DNA of 64,000 bases from an uncultured Bacteroidota bacterium (GTDB taxonomy: Bacteria > Bacteroidota > Ignavibacteria > Kryptoniales > JAKASW01), in contig OY969815.1 of the NCBI GenBank assembly GCA_963703365.1, positions 2,888,577 to 2,952,576 of the forward strand, given 5' to 3'. This document shows positions 44,625-54,860 of this stretch, piece by piece. The translations under genes were made by a program, and so were the position numbers. Position 1 is the first letter of the stretch, and each line of letters opens with the position of its first letter. A model generated the notes under the pieces. That model worked only from the letters and a program-made list of their open reading frames with translations, was not told the origin of the DNA and did not search any database.

Positions 44625-45401
44625 CTATGACGTCTCGAGATGTTTTACTTGCTCGCTGACGAGCCCAAATCTGCGTTCGCGCTTCTGAAAATCGCTTATC
44701 GCCTCGTAAAGATGTTTGCGTCGAAAATCGGGCCAATAAACTTTTGAAATATAGATTTCCGTATAAGCAAGCTGGTACAGCAAGAAATTGCTGATGCGAA
44801 ATTCTCCGCTCGTTCGGATAAGCAGGTCCGGGTCAGGCATAGCGCTTAGGTAGTTAGCTATCGTAGATTCATTTATATTATCGACGGAAATTTTTCGGCT
44901 GACGGCATCGGCGGCTATTTTCTTTACTGCTTCGGTGATTTCCCACCTTCCTGAATAGCTGAGAGCGAGATTTAAATTCAAGCCCGTGTTATGTTTAGTT
45001 CGTTCAAACGATTCAAAAAGTTCGCGCTGCACACCGGACGGCAGTGAATCGAGATTGCCTATTGCAGTTAGACGTACGTTATTCTCGTTAAGTTTATCGG
45101 TCTCATCACGAAGGGCTTTGACTAAGAGTCGCATCAATGTTGATACTTCCTGCTGCGGTCTTTTCCAATTCTCAGTTGAGAAAGCGTAGAGAGTCAAACA
45201 TTTCGCTCCCAATTGCCCGCAGGCTTCGACTATGTCGCGAACCGAACTTACGCCTTCACGGTGTCCGGCGACGCGCGGGAGTGTACGCTGCTTTGCCCAG
45301 CGGCCGTTGCCATCCATAATGATAGCAATGTGCTCCGGGATGCTGCCGCCGCTTTTCAATTCCTCCTGTAAATTTTTGTCGTCAACGCTTTGCGTGATCA
45401 A
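44625..45401 (-). CDS. uppS: Isoprenyl transferase (undecaprenyl-diphosphate synthase)
   Basis: HIAIIMDGNGRWA, FSTENWKRP, RTSGEFRISNFLLYQLAYTE. Confidence 0.95.
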   Translation of the reverse strand: MITQSVDDKNLQEELKSGGSIPEHIAIIMDGNGRWAKQRTLPRVAGHREGVSSVRDIVEACGQLGAKCLTLYAFSTENWKRPQQEVSTLMRLLVKALRDETDKLNENNVRLTAIGNLDSLPSGVQRELFESFERTKHNTGLNLNLALSYSGRWEITEAVKKIAADAVSRKISVDNINESTIANYLSAMPDPDLLIRTSGEFRISNFLLYQLAYTEIYISKVYWPDFRRKHLYEAISDFQKRERRFGLVSEQVKHLETS

Positions 45402-45516
45402 ACTTTCCGCCTAAATTTCATGCCGTAAAATTTAAACCCGCATACAGTTAAAATCAAGGATTTGAACGGCTCGCCTTTGGCTTAACACACAAATTTTCCG
45501 TAAGTTACATAGGCAA

Positions 45517-45551
45517 TAGCTATTAGCGTTCAGCTTATGGCTGATAGGGAC
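45517..45551. repeat. Tandem heptamer array
   Basis: TAGCTAT TAGCGTT CAGCTTA TGGCTGA TAGGGAC, located between the uppS start and the stop of the SRPBCC gene. Confidence 0.65.
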
Positions 45552-45564
45552 AGTTAAAGCTAAT

Positions 45565-45966
45565 TTACTTCTTCTTTTTCTCTGCGAAATATTTCTTCAT
45601 CGGTAAAAAGTAAAACTCCTTCCAGCCATCTTTGTAGCGGGTACCGTGTCCCTCCGGTATATTGGAATGCTTGAGCGTCAACTTCGTACCGCCCGCGACT
45701 TCTTCGAGAGTCAGTTCAAGCTTTGAGTCTTCGCTGTCGTCGGGAAACTCGTTAGTGCGCCACGCTTGGACAATTAATTTGCCCGGTTTAAGCTCGAGAT
45801 TTTTGCCTTCTATATAATCGCCGAACACGTTGAAACGTCCTCCAACTTTCGGATCTATTACTGCTTTATCGCCTGTAAACCCCGTATGTTCTTTACTGCT
45901 CAGCCATGCTTTGTAAACTTCTTTTGGCTTCGCGGGCAGCGTGGTAGAGATTTTGAATGAGTCCAT
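45565..45966 (-). CDS. SRPBCC / AHSA1-like small protein
   Basis: I placed the start at the ATG at 45966, preceded by GAGGAGGG. The pattern PKEVYKAWL...GGRF...W is typical of Aha1/SRPBCC domains. Confidence 0.6.
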   Translation of the reverse strand: MDSFKISTTLPAKPKEVYKAWLSSKEHTGFTGDKAVIDPKVGGRFNVFGDYIEGKNLELKPGKLIVQAWRTNEFPDDSEDSKLELTLEEVAGGTKLTLKHSNIPEGHGTRYKDGWKEFYFLPMKKYFAEKKKK

Positions 45967-46025
45967 TATTTCCCTCCTCTTTTTTGGTAATATTATGCTC
46001 ATTGGTGAATGATGGTACAAAACAC

Positions 46026-47426
46026 TTATAAATGTGTTATCGCTTCGAGTATTTTATCAACCTTCTCTTTCGACTCCGCTTCGCAGTAGTAACGGATGAG
46101 CGGCTCTGTTCCGGACGCGCGGACAAGCATCCAGCCGCCGTCGGCAAAGAAATATTTGTATCCATCGATTGTCAAAACGTAGTCGATCTTGTGTCCCGCA
46201 ACTTCTTTCAAACCTTTCTTCAGTTTGCCCAGAACTTTTCGTTTGTATTGCTCGGTCGTGCGAACATCGATTCTTGTGTAAATGTGCGGTCCGACTTGAT
46301 CGAATAATTCTTTCACGAGTTGGCCGAGAGTTTTTCCGCGCTTAACCATCATCTCGCAAATCGTTAGTCCGAGAAACAAACCATCTCGTTCGGGTATGTG
46401 CCCTTTCAATCCGATGCCGCCGCTTTCTTCGCCGCCGATTAGAACATCCCGGCTGATCATGACCGAAGCGACGTGCTTGAATCCGACCGGCAATTCCGTC
46501 AATGTTAATCCATACTGCTTGGCCAGTATGTCCGGCATATCGCCAACCGAAACTGTCTTTACAACTTCACCACGAAGTCCTTTCGTTTCATAGAGATATT
46601 TTAAGAGAAGAGCAAAGACTTCCTGCGGGCCGACGAAGTTTCCATTCTCGTCAACCGCTCCGATCCTGTCTGCATCGCCGTCTGTCGCGAGCCCGACGTT
46701 ATAATTTCCCTGAGGCACGAACTTCATCAACTCTCCAAGGTGCATCGCGATTGGCTCCGGATGTTCGCCGCCGAAGGACGGATTGAATTCGTTATGAATC
46801 ACGACGGCGTCCTCGATGAGAGAGTTGAGAATTTTTTGTCCCGCGCCATACATTGCATCATGGGCAATCCTCAATCGTGCGCTTTTGATTGCCGTAATGT
46901 CAATCTTGTTTTTCAAATCATCTATATAAATCTGCCGAAGGTTAGCTTTCTTAATCAGCCCTTTCTTAGTCAGGTCGTCGAAACTTTTTTTGATCGAGTC
47001 AACGGACTTTTGTGAAATCTTGTTTGCCTCTTTTTCAACTTTTGCGACATACTCAACTTCTTCCGGGCCGCCGAAATCGGCTTTCAATTTGAAGCCGTTG
47101 TATCTCGCCGGGTTGTGGCTCGCGGTTATTACGACTCCGCCTACCGCGTCGAACTTCGGGATCGCCAGCGAGAGAGCCGGAGTCGGGCAATAGCCGTCGG
47201 AAAGTATTACTTTCAGACCGGTGTTTGCGATTACCTGCGCGGTCCTTTCCGCGAATTCCTGCGACTCGAACCGCGTATCATACCCGATTAAAATTCCGTT
47301 CTTTGCCTTTTTATGCTTCTTGTAAAATTTTGCTGTGGCGAGTGCGACTTTCGAAACATTATCGAAAGTGTAATCCTGTGCAATAACTCCGCGCCAGCCG
47401 TCGGTGCCGAATTTTATTTTTGCCAT
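46026..47426 (-). CDS. Phosphoglucomutase/phosphomannomutase family protein
   Basis: Active-site loop ITASHNPARYNGFK, metal loop ATDGDADR, and GGEESGG. Confidence 0.85.
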   Translation of the reverse strand: MAKIKFGTDGWRGVIAQDYTFDNVSKVALATAKFYKKHKKAKNGILIGYDTRFESQEFAERTAQVIANTGLKVILSDGYCPTPALSLAIPKFDAVGGVVITASHNPARYNGFKLKADFGGPEEVEYVAKVEKEANKISQKSVDSIKKSFDDLTKKGLIKKANLRQIYIDDLKNKIDITAIKSARLRIAHDAMYGAGQKILNSLIEDAVVIHNEFNPSFGGEHPEPIAMHLGELMKFVPQGNYNVGLATDGDADRIGAVDENGNFVGPQEVFALLLKYLYETKGLRGEVVKTVSVGDMPDILAKQYGLTLTELPVGFKHVASVMISRDVLIGGEESGGIGLKGHIPERDGLFLGLTICEMMVKRGKTLGQLVKELFDQVGPHIYTRIDVRTTEQYKRKVLGKLKKGLKEVAGHKIDYVLTIDGYKYFFADGGWMLVRASGTEPLIRYYCEAESKEKVDKILEAITHL

Positions 47427-47800
47427 GTTAGTTCCTTTTGATTTCTGTGGAAATAAAGTGAGGGATACTATTCATCTCTTTCATCGTTTGCTAAGGTAAA
47501 ATAAAATCCATGACTCAAACTTCCAAAGTTGAACTATATGCTAAAAATGCCTGCCGTCCCGCATACGGGATCATTGATTGAAATTCCGAGTCATTACTTT
47601 TATATTCACGAAACAAAATGAAATCTGAATTCACCGGATTAAAGAATTGTCAGAATGAAATCGGAAGATAATAATCCGGAAAATCCTGTGATTCAGAAAA
47701 TCCTATTCGAGGGGCAAACAAATTTTCTTTTAATTAAAAAATTGCACCTGAAAGGTTCTGAAAACCTGTTAGGTCCATGCAACTAAAAAAGGAGCTACTC

Positions 47801-49819
47801 ATGGCTGAGGAAGTCCGAACAACTTCGAGCACGCAGTCTTATGTGCCTGCCGAAACCACGATGAAAGAATTTACTGTTAGAGCGCTGCTGCTTGGCTTGG
47901 TAATGTGTGTCATACTCGGCGCGGCGAACGCTTACCTGGGTCTGAAAGCCGGAATGACTATCGCCGCAACTTATCCTGCGGCTGTTATCGGAATGGCAGT
48001 GCTTAGAATAATGAAAGGCAGTCTGCTTGAAGAAAATTTTGCCAGAACCGTCGGTGCAATAGGCGAATCGATTGCAGCGGGCGCGGTGTTTACGATTCCC
48101 GCATTTTACATCGCCGGTATCTGGAAGCAATTTGACAGCACGCACTACTTAGAAGCGACTTCGATCATGTTCGTCGGAAGCGTCGTCGGAATTTTGTTTG
48201 TCACGATTCTCAGGCGTGTCATGGTCGAAGACCGTGAGCTTCCGTTTCCGGAATCTGTGGCGGCGTCAGAAATTCACAAGGCCGGTCGAAGCGGCGGCAC
48301 CGGCGCGAAGTATCTCTTCAGCGCCATGGGACTGGGTGGTGTCATTCAGGCACTTGGACAACTCAACTTCTTTGCTGCTGCATGGGAAAGGTTTATTAAG
48401 TTTACTCCGCTGTCATTGTCGCTGAAGAATGGAACAGGAACATCTGCAGTTCAATCAGGCGGCGGCGCGCTCATCACGACGCCTGGCGTCAGCCCGGCGT
48501 ATATCGGGGTTGGCTACATCATCGGACCGAGACTCTCCGCGTTGAACTTCAGCGGCGGACTCTTAAGCTGGGGACTTTTTGTTCCGCTTCTTCTTTACTT
48601 TGTCGGACCGAGCGCACTTCCCGCCGATGCCTCGCAAGACGCATGGATTGCACTCAGCTATTCGGTTTGGTTGACGCTCGTTCGTCCGATTGCAATCGGT
48701 GGAATGCTTTTCAGCGCGGCATACACGCTTTATAAAATGAGGAACAGCTTGGCAGTCGGCATCGGCCGCGCGATTTCAGATGTTAAGAAATCCGCCGCAG
48801 GTGGAAAGGTAGAGATCAGAACGGAGCGCGACATGGACTTCAGATATGTCGGCGGTGGAATTCTCCTCGCGGGAATCGCAACATTTTTCATATATAATCA
48901 TTTCGCGCACAGCGTTTCAGCCGCTCTTACCGCAACGGTTGTCATGCTCGTCGCTGGGTTTTTCTTTGCCGCGGTATCCGGCTATCTCGTCGGAATAATC
49001 GGCTCTAGCAACAACCCCGTCAGCGGACTGACGATTTCTACTTTGCTGATAGCTGCACTATTGATGGTGGTTCTCGGACAAACGGGTGTTGCCGGCGTTG
49101 CTGCAGTGCTCGGCGTAGCCGCAGTGGTGTGTGTTGCAGCTGCTGTCGCGGGCGAGATGCTGCAGGATTTGAAAGTCGGGCACATCATCGGTGGTACACC
49201 ATGGAAGATGCAGGTTGGCGATTTGATCGGCGTTCTCGTCGGGTCAGCAGTTATGTTTGTTCCGCTGATGATTTTAAATCAGGGCGACATTAACCAAGGG
49301 GGCACCGGGTTCGGCGGACGGAATCTTCCGGCGCCGCAAGCTGGTATGATGGCTGCCCTGGCGCAGGGAATCGTCGGCGGACACATGGCGTGGCCGCTCA
49401 TCATTGTCGGAATATTGATGGCTTTCGGATTCATCATCAGCGGCGTGAAAAGCCCGATGCTCGTCTTTGTCGGAATGTATTTGCCTTTCGGAACCGTAGC
49501 AGCGATATTCGTCGGCGGATTGGTTCGCGGTATCGTGGACATGGTTGCGAAGGCGCGGAAATTCAATGAAGCACAGACAGGTCGTGTCGAAAACACAGGA
49601 ATACTGATTTCTTCCGGCCTCATTGCAGGTGAAGCGTTGACGGGACTCGTCTTTGCCGCACTTGCATTCTACGACATAAAGTGGATTTCGATTTTCGCAG
49701 TTCCGAGTTTCGGGATCAGCTTGCTCGTGTTTTTGCTGCTCGCGTTAGTTTTGATTTACTATCCGATTCGCAACGCGGGTTCGCCGGATCAGCCGGCACC
49801 GCCGAAAGCGGCGATGTAA
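47801..49819 (+). CDS. OPT-family oligopeptide transporter
   Basis: About 16 TM segments. N-terminal EFTVRALLLGLVMCVILGAANAYLGLKAGMT is OPT-like. I placed the start at the ATG at 47801, preceded by AAGGAG. Confidence 0.85.
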   Translation: MAEEVRTTSSTQSYVPAETTMKEFTVRALLLGLVMCVILGAANAYLGLKAGMTIAATYPAAVIGMAVLRIMKGSLLEENFARTVGAIGESIAAGAVFTIPAFYIAGIWKQFDSTHYLEATSIMFVGSVVGILFVTILRRVMVEDRELPFPESVAASEIHKAGRSGGTGAKYLFSAMGLGGVIQALGQLNFFAAAWERFIKFTPLSLSLKNGTGTSAVQSGGGALITTPGVSPAYIGVGYIIGPRLSALNFSGGLLSWGLFVPLLLYFVGPSALPADASQDAWIALSYSVWLTLVRPIAIGGMLFSAAYTLYKMRNSLAVGIGRAISDVKKSAAGGKVEIRTERDMDFRYVGGGILLAGIATFFIYNHFAHSVSAALTATVVMLVAGFFFAAVSGYLVGIIGSSNNPVSGLTISTLLIAALLMVVLGQTGVAGVAAVLGVAAVVCVAAAVAGEMLQDLKVGHIIGGTPWKMQVGDLIGVLVGSAVMFVPLMILNQGDINQGGTGFGGRNLPAPQAGMMAALAQGIVGGHMAWPLIIVGILMAFGFIISGVKSPMLVFVGMYLPFGTVAAIFVGGLVRGIVDMVAKARKFNEAQTGRVENTGILISSGLIAGEALTGLVFAALAFYDIKWISIFAVPSFGISLLVFLLLALVLIYYPIRNAGSPDQPAPPKAAM

Positions 49820-49828
49820 GTTTTCAGA

Positions 49829-49856
49829 AGGGCGGCGTGAGCCGCCCTCTCCTTTT
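49829..49856 (+). terminator. Rho-independent terminator of the OPT transporter gene
   Basis: GGGCGGC-gtga-GCCGCCC followed by TCTCCTTTTT, 10 nt after the stop. Confidence 0.75.
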
Positions 49857-49966
49857 TGGATGGTGAGATTATTGAATTCCAAACTTGAATCTTTAATTCT
49901 TGAAGCGTAAAATTTACTAGAAAATTGAAAACCCAATCTAAGTTGAATTTTTATTAGGAGGAGAAT

Positions 49967-50179
49967 ATGCCGCGATACAAAGTTGGATTGGCTCGAACTT
50001 GTTCTGTTACGATTGAAGCAGCCAATGAAGAAGATGCGAAAGGGTTAGCGGAGTTCTTCATTGTTGAACGGGACGGCTCAACAGTCAGAGATCAAGAGCA
50101 ATTTGGATTCAAAATTGAGGAAATTGAACTGACGTATAACGATTCCTTTGAATGCGAAGAAACAGCAGAGGCAAGTTGA
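49967..50179 (+). CDS. Small acidic protein (70 aa), function unknown, first gene of the R-M island
   Basis: AGGAGG lies 5 nt upstream of the ATG. By my count it has 17 acidic versus 7 basic residues. Its stop overlaps the methyltransferase ORF. Confidence 0.5.
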   Translation: MPRYKVGLARTCSVTIEAANEEDAKGLAEFFIVERDGSTVRDQEQFGFKIEEIELTYNDSFECEETAEAS

Positions 50180-51150
50180 GCAAGTCCAAGTCGGGGGGTA
50201 GAAGGAAGTCCAAGAAGCAAATCCCGCTCAAAAAGCAAAATGTAAGATTAGTACGCACTGGAGTATCCGAGCCAGCGTCATCTTATCGCTTGGACATTTC
50301 CTCTACGACTTCTCCGTTAGCACTAGATTCTGTGATTTGCGGGGACGCATTTGAAATGTTGAAGTCTTTCCCGAATGACTGTATCGATCTCGTTGTCACA
50401 TCTCCGCCGTACGCTGATAAACGAAAAGACACATACGGCGGAATTCATCCCGACAAATATGTCCAGTGGTTCTTGCCTATTGCGGCAGAGCTTAAACGTG
50501 TTCTTAAGCCGACTGGAACTTTTATCCTAAATATCAAAGAAGGAGTTGTGGCGGGCGAGCGGCACACTTATGTGATCGAACTAATTCTCGAAATGAAAAA
50601 ACAGGAATGGCTGTGGACGGAGGAGTTTATCTGGCATAAGAAAAATAGTTTTCCTGGGAAATGGCCAAATCGATTTCGAGATGCTTGGGAGCATTGCCTC
50701 CAGTTTAACAAGGAAAAATCATTTGCGATGTACCAGGGAAATGTCATGGTGCCGATGGGCGATTGGGCGAAAGGTCGACTTAAAACATTGGGGAAGAACG
50801 ACGTGGTACGTTTTGATTCACAAGTTGGCTCCGGCTTTGGCAAGAACATAGCAAACTGGATAGGCCGCGATATGGCTTACCCTAATAATGTCCTTCATAT
50901 GGCAACCGAATCAGGCAACAAGAATCATAGCGCTGCATTTCCGGTTTCATTACCGGAATGGTTCATCAAACTATTTACAAAACAAAACGACATTGTCCTT
51001 GATCCATTTCTAGGATCAGGAACGACCGCAGTGGCAGCGAAAATTAATAACAGAAGGTATATCGGTATAGAGATTTCAAAAGAGTTCTGTAATATTTCTG
51101 AAAAAAGGATTAAACAGGTAATTGCCGAGGCAGGAGATCTTTTTCCATGA
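50152..51150 (+). CDS. Beta-class N4-cytosine/N6-adenine DNA methyltransferase
   Basis: Motif IV DLVVTSPPYADKRK lies N-terminal to motif I VLDPFLGSGTTAVAA, which is the beta-class order. The start is uncertain. Confidence 0.85.
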   Translation: MRRNSRGKLSKSKSGGRRKSKKQIPLKKQNVRLVRTGVSEPASSYRLDISSTTSPLALDSVICGDAFEMLKSFPNDCIDLVVTSPPYADKRKDTYGGIHPDKYVQWFLPIAAELKRVLKPTGTFILNIKEGVVAGERHTYVIELILEMKKQEWLWTEEFIWHKKNSFPGKWPNRFRDAWEHCLQFNKEKSFAMYQGNVMVPMGDWAKGRLKTLGKNDVVRFDSQVGSGFGKNIANWIGRDMAYPNNVLHMATESGNKNHSAAFPVSLPEWFIKLFTKQNDIVLDPFLGSGTTAVAAKINNRRYIGIEISKEFCNISEKRIKQVIAEAGDLFP

Positions 51151-51902
51151 AGAAATTAAACCTCAAAGATGTTGAAAACTATATTGAGCAGAATATTGGA
51201 ACCTTTCACCAAAAACGGATTGAAAGCCTTGACGAACTAAAGCTTAAAGAAGTTCTCAGTAAAAAAAATCCATACTTATTCAAAGCAAAATATGTGCTAA
51301 CTGCTGAACAGATCGTCAAGGGGATTACTGATGCGCATATTTCTTCAAATGAGGAAACCATTTTCGGTGATTGGCTTGAAGGCCTTGCAATTTTCATCAA
51401 TGGAAAAGTGTATGATGGAAAGAAATCCGGCATTACTGGAATTGATTTAGAGTTTGATAAAGATGGGACGAGATATATTGTTAACATCAAATCTGGTCCA
51501 AATTGGGGGAATAGTAGACAGGTACCAGGTATGATCGAGGACTTCAAAAGAGCCAAGAAGACTCTTCGAACGAGTAGTTCTAAATTAAACGTGGTTGCCG
51601 TAAACGGATGCTGTTATGGCAAAATCAAAAATCCAGATAAAGGCGACTATTTCAAATACTGTGGACAAAGATTTTGGGAATTTATCTCCAACGATCCCGA
51701 TCTGTACACGAAAATCATTGAACCGCTTGGACACAAAGCAAAAGAAAAGAATGACGACTTTATGGGATCTTATTCACAAATGATAAATAGATTCACACGT
51801 GAATTTGCGAACAACTTTTGCAAAACGGACGGTTCAATCGACTGGGAACAGCTCGTCATCTTCAACAGTGGGAATTCCAAACAGGATTCGTTTAAGTCTT
51901 AA
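51147..51902 (+). CDS. Putative type II restriction endonuclease
   Basis: It overlaps the methyltransferase by 4 bp (ATGA) and is AT-rich. The N-terminal FHQKRIESL...LSKKNPYLFKAK resembles the N-termini of several REase families as I recall them. I could not pin down a catalytic motif. Confidence 0.5.
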   Translation: MKKLNLKDVENYIEQNIGTFHQKRIESLDELKLKEVLSKKNPYLFKAKYVLTAEQIVKGITDAHISSNEETIFGDWLEGLAIFINGKVYDGKKSGITGIDLEFDKDGTRYIVNIKSGPNWGNSRQVPGMIEDFKRAKKTLRTSSSKLNVVAVNGCCYGKIKNPDKGDYFKYCGQRFWEFISNDPDLYTKIIEPLGHKAKEKNDDFMGSYSQMINRFTREFANNFCKTDGSIDWEQLVIFNSGNSKQDSFKS

Positions 51903-52018
51903 CAATTCACTTCGTTTCTAATTCTTTAACACAGAATTAATTCCTTTATAACACAGATTAAACGAAAATTGGATACCATTCCCGTGATGTGGTACAAGAA
52001 TATAAATGGAGATCGAGA

Positions 52019-54664
52019 ATGATTAAGAGAAGCTGCAATGTTATCCTTGCTTTGTGTTCGTTCATATTCTTTTTTGTCGGCATTGCTTGCGCGCAGGTCA
52101 AAGATCAAGGTCGTAGGGACAAAGACGACATGGAATTCGATGAGCCGGGAAGTGAACAAGTTCTCAATCGCCAATTGTGGGAGTTTGCAAAAGGAACTTC
52201 GTATGAATCCGTCGAGACTTATGTTGTGGATGCTCAGAAAAAATCACGTGCCATGATGTCGAACGAGGTGGAGCTTCCGACCGGATGGAAAATCGATCCT
52301 GCCGGAAAACAGGTTGAAGTCGGACGCCTGCCGTATGAAGCGATTGTTTATAACGGCAAACTCGTTGTGTTGAATAACGGCTATTACAGCGGCGAGCCTC
52401 AGGAAATTTCTGTGGTTGACCCTGAAAGCGGTGAGGTTATAAAAACCGATACGCTGCATTCGATGTTTCCAAGCGCAAAGATCGGATTGGATGGGAACTT
52501 GTACGTCAGCGGCGGATTCGATTCCAAGGTGTACATGATAAATAAAAGTTTCAATTTCGAGCGTGAGTATAAAGTCGGCGACTACGCTGCGGGACTCACG
52601 CCTGTTGATTCACAGCACATTGCGGTCGTTTATCTTGTTGCCACCGATTCAACCCGGACACGCCGAGACCCGCTCGGCACAGGCCACTACAGCAAAGGAA
52701 AGATCGCGCTTCTAAATCTAGTGAACGGGAAAGTAGAGAAGGAAGCGGTCGTAGGTTATTTTCCCTATGCCGTGGAATTTGTGAACGGGAAATATTTCGT
52801 AACGATTCTTGGTGAGAACAAAATAAATATTTACGATTCGCAGTTCAGGGAATTGAAATCTTTGAAAATCGGAAGCGCGCCAGCGAGTATGACTGTTGAC
52901 GGGAACTACATCTATGTAGTGAACACTACGTCCGACGACATTTCCGTGCTCGATACAAAGACCGACATAATATTTCGAAAAATCTTCGTCGGCAAAAAAG
53001 GATACAAGTCCGGAGTATCGCCAACCTCGTGTGCCATCAAAGACGGGAAATTGTATGTCTGCGAGGCAACGCTGAATGCTATCGGCGTTTATGAACTAAT
53101 AAGCGGCAAACTCCTTGGCTATATTCCGACAGGATGGTACACGACAAAAGTTCTCCTGGGTGATGGGAATTTATTTTTTCTCAGTGCGAAGGGAGTAATT
53201 CCGAGGCGTCCGAATCCGAATGGACCTCAGCCAATTGCCGGCAAAGGCGGACCAGATTATGTGTTGACTCTGTTGAAAGGCAGTGCAGGGATTCTTCCGC
53301 AAAATTCAATTAAGAAAAATCTATCCGGATGGACGAAGGAAGTTGGGGAAGGCTCACCGATTTACAGTCCTCAAGACGGTTTGAAGCCTCCGATAAGGCA
53401 TGTCTTTTATATCATCAAAGAAAACCGGTCTTATGATCAGGTGCTGGGTGATCTCGGCAGAGGGAACGGCGATTCGAGTCTGACAATTTTCGGAAAGAAC
53501 GTCTCCCCAAATGTTCACAAAATCGCAACAGATTTTGTGACACTTGACAACTATTACGTTGACGGCGAGGTGAGCGTACTCGGGCACAGCTTCACCACCA
53601 GTGGTTATGCGAGTCCGTTTCTTGAGTGGCTCGGAAACGCGGAGTATTCCGGCAGGTATAATGGCTACCCGTTCGGCACGGTGCCGGCAGTTTTCTCGAA
53701 GGCTTACATCTGGGAGGCGCTCGAAGCGAAAAAAGTTGACTACAAAATTTATGGCGAACCGTATTATATAATGACCGCCGCTTATAAAATAATCGAAAAG
53801 TTTTTTGGAGATAACAGCGGGATCGCGAAGAAGTTTTATGCAAACAGCATGGAGATCGCTGCCAAGGTCGACAGGGGTGAAGAATTCAGCGACTTTGTGC
53901 AGCCATATTACGGAAAGGCGAATAGCCCGAAAGGTGCGCTTAAACTCCTGGAGGACAGTGTGTTCACAAAAGGCATCTCGGAAATTCTCTCGGGCGATGA
54001 AACTTTGCATGATGCTCTCGAAAAAAACAGTCGATTCAAGAAAGCATTCTCGGAATTTCTGTACCACTATCCTTTAAATTATTACACATGGGATTTATGG
54101 TATTCCGACCTGCGCCGCGTCGAGGCGTGGAAAGCCGATTTCGATCAGCAATTAAAATCGGGGAGCGTTGTTCCGTTTGAGTATATATGGCTTCCGAACG
54201 ACCACACAGGCGGGACAAATCCGAATTATCAGAATCCATATCAGCTCGTTGCGCAGAATGATATTGCGCTCGGTTTGATGGTACAAACAATTGCCGAGAG
54301 TCCGATTTGGGAAAACAGCCTTATACTTGTTGAAGAGGACGATGCTCAAAACGGTCCAGACCATGTCGATGCAACGCGTACCGAAGCACTCGCTGCCGGT
54401 CCGTACGTGAAGCGAAACTCAGTCGTGAGCGATCGTTATGATCAGTTAAGCATGCTCCGGACAATCGAAATTATCCTCGGCCTTGATCCGCTGAATTTTG
54501 AAGATGCCATGTCGGTACCAATGCTCGGAATCTTTTCACCAAAACCGGAATTCGCGAAATATGTTGCATCACCACCTTCGGACAGTTTATCTAATTCAGA
54601 TAGATTTATCCTCGAAAGACTTTCGACTAATAAGGCTAACGCAATAGAGCTGCGCCAAAAATGA
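52019..54664 (+). CDS. Secreted fusion of a YVTN/beta-propeller region and a phosphoesterase (PlcN/AcpA family) domain
   Basis: I placed the start at the ATG at 52019, which gives a signal peptide ending IACAQ. Propeller-like repeats are present (YVVNTTSDDISVLD). Phosphoesterase motifs: HVFYIIKENRSYDQVLGDLG and EEDDAQNGPDHVDATRT. Confidence 0.7.
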   Translation: MIKRSCNVILALCSFIFFFVGIACAQVKDQGRRDKDDMEFDEPGSEQVLNRQLWEFAKGTSYESVETYVVDAQKKSRAMMSNEVELPTGWKIDPAGKQVEVGRLPYEAIVYNGKLVVLNNGYYSGEPQEISVVDPESGEVIKTDTLHSMFPSAKIGLDGNLYVSGGFDSKVYMINKSFNFEREYKVGDYAAGLTPVDSQHIAVVYLVATDSTRTRRDPLGTGHYSKGKIALLNLVNGKVEKEAVVGYFPYAVEFVNGKYFVTILGENKINIYDSQFRELKSLKIGSAPASMTVDGNYIYVVNTTSDDISVLDTKTDIIFRKIFVGKKGYKSGVSPTSCAIKDGKLYVCEATLNAIGVYELISGKLLGYIPTGWYTTKVLLGDGNLFFLSAKGVIPRRPNPNGPQPIAGKGGPDYVLTLLKGSAGILPQNSIKKNLSGWTKEVGEGSPIYSPQDGLKPPIRHVFYIIKENRSYDQVLGDLGRGNGDSSLTIFGKNVSPNVHKIATDFVTLDNYYVDGEVSVLGHSFTTSGYASPFLEWLGNAEYSGRYNGYPFGTVPAVFSKAYIWEALEAKKVDYKIYGEPYYIMTAAYKIIEKFFGDNSGIAKKFYANSMEIAAKVDRGEEFSDFVQPYYGKANSPKGALKLLEDSVFTKGISEILSGDETLHDALEKNSRFKKAFSEFLYHYPLNYYTWDLWYSDLRRVEAWKADFDQQLKSGSVVPFEYIWLPNDHTGGTNPNYQNPYQLVAQNDIALGLMVQTIAESPIWENSLILVEEDDAQNGPDHVDATRTEALAAGPYVKRNSVVSDRYDQLSMLRTIEIILGLDPLNFEDAMSVPMLGIFSPKPEFAKYVASPPSDSLSNSDRFILERLSTNKANAIELRQK

Positions 54665-54771
54665 ATAGCCGCTGAAACTATAAGGACTCGCCAAGGAAGA
54701 ATCTTTTATTGACCGTCGGGCTGTTTAGAGTCTAAAATCTATTTATTGCGGGTTTCGAGAGTTCCTTTTCC

Positions 54772-54860
54772 CTATTGAGATTCTTTTGTCTTATTTGTTA
54801 TCTTATCTGCGTACTCGATGAAATAATTGTTGCCGCGTTTGAATAGAAACAGCGCGGCTA
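54772..54860 (-). pseudogene. Possible remnant of a tyrosine-recombinase N-terminal (arm-binding) segment
   Basis: The translation ...LFLFKRGNNYFIEYADKITNKTKESQ* resembles the (F)KRGNxYYIxY.D..GK opening of many integrases. No recombinase body follows. Confidence 0.2.
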
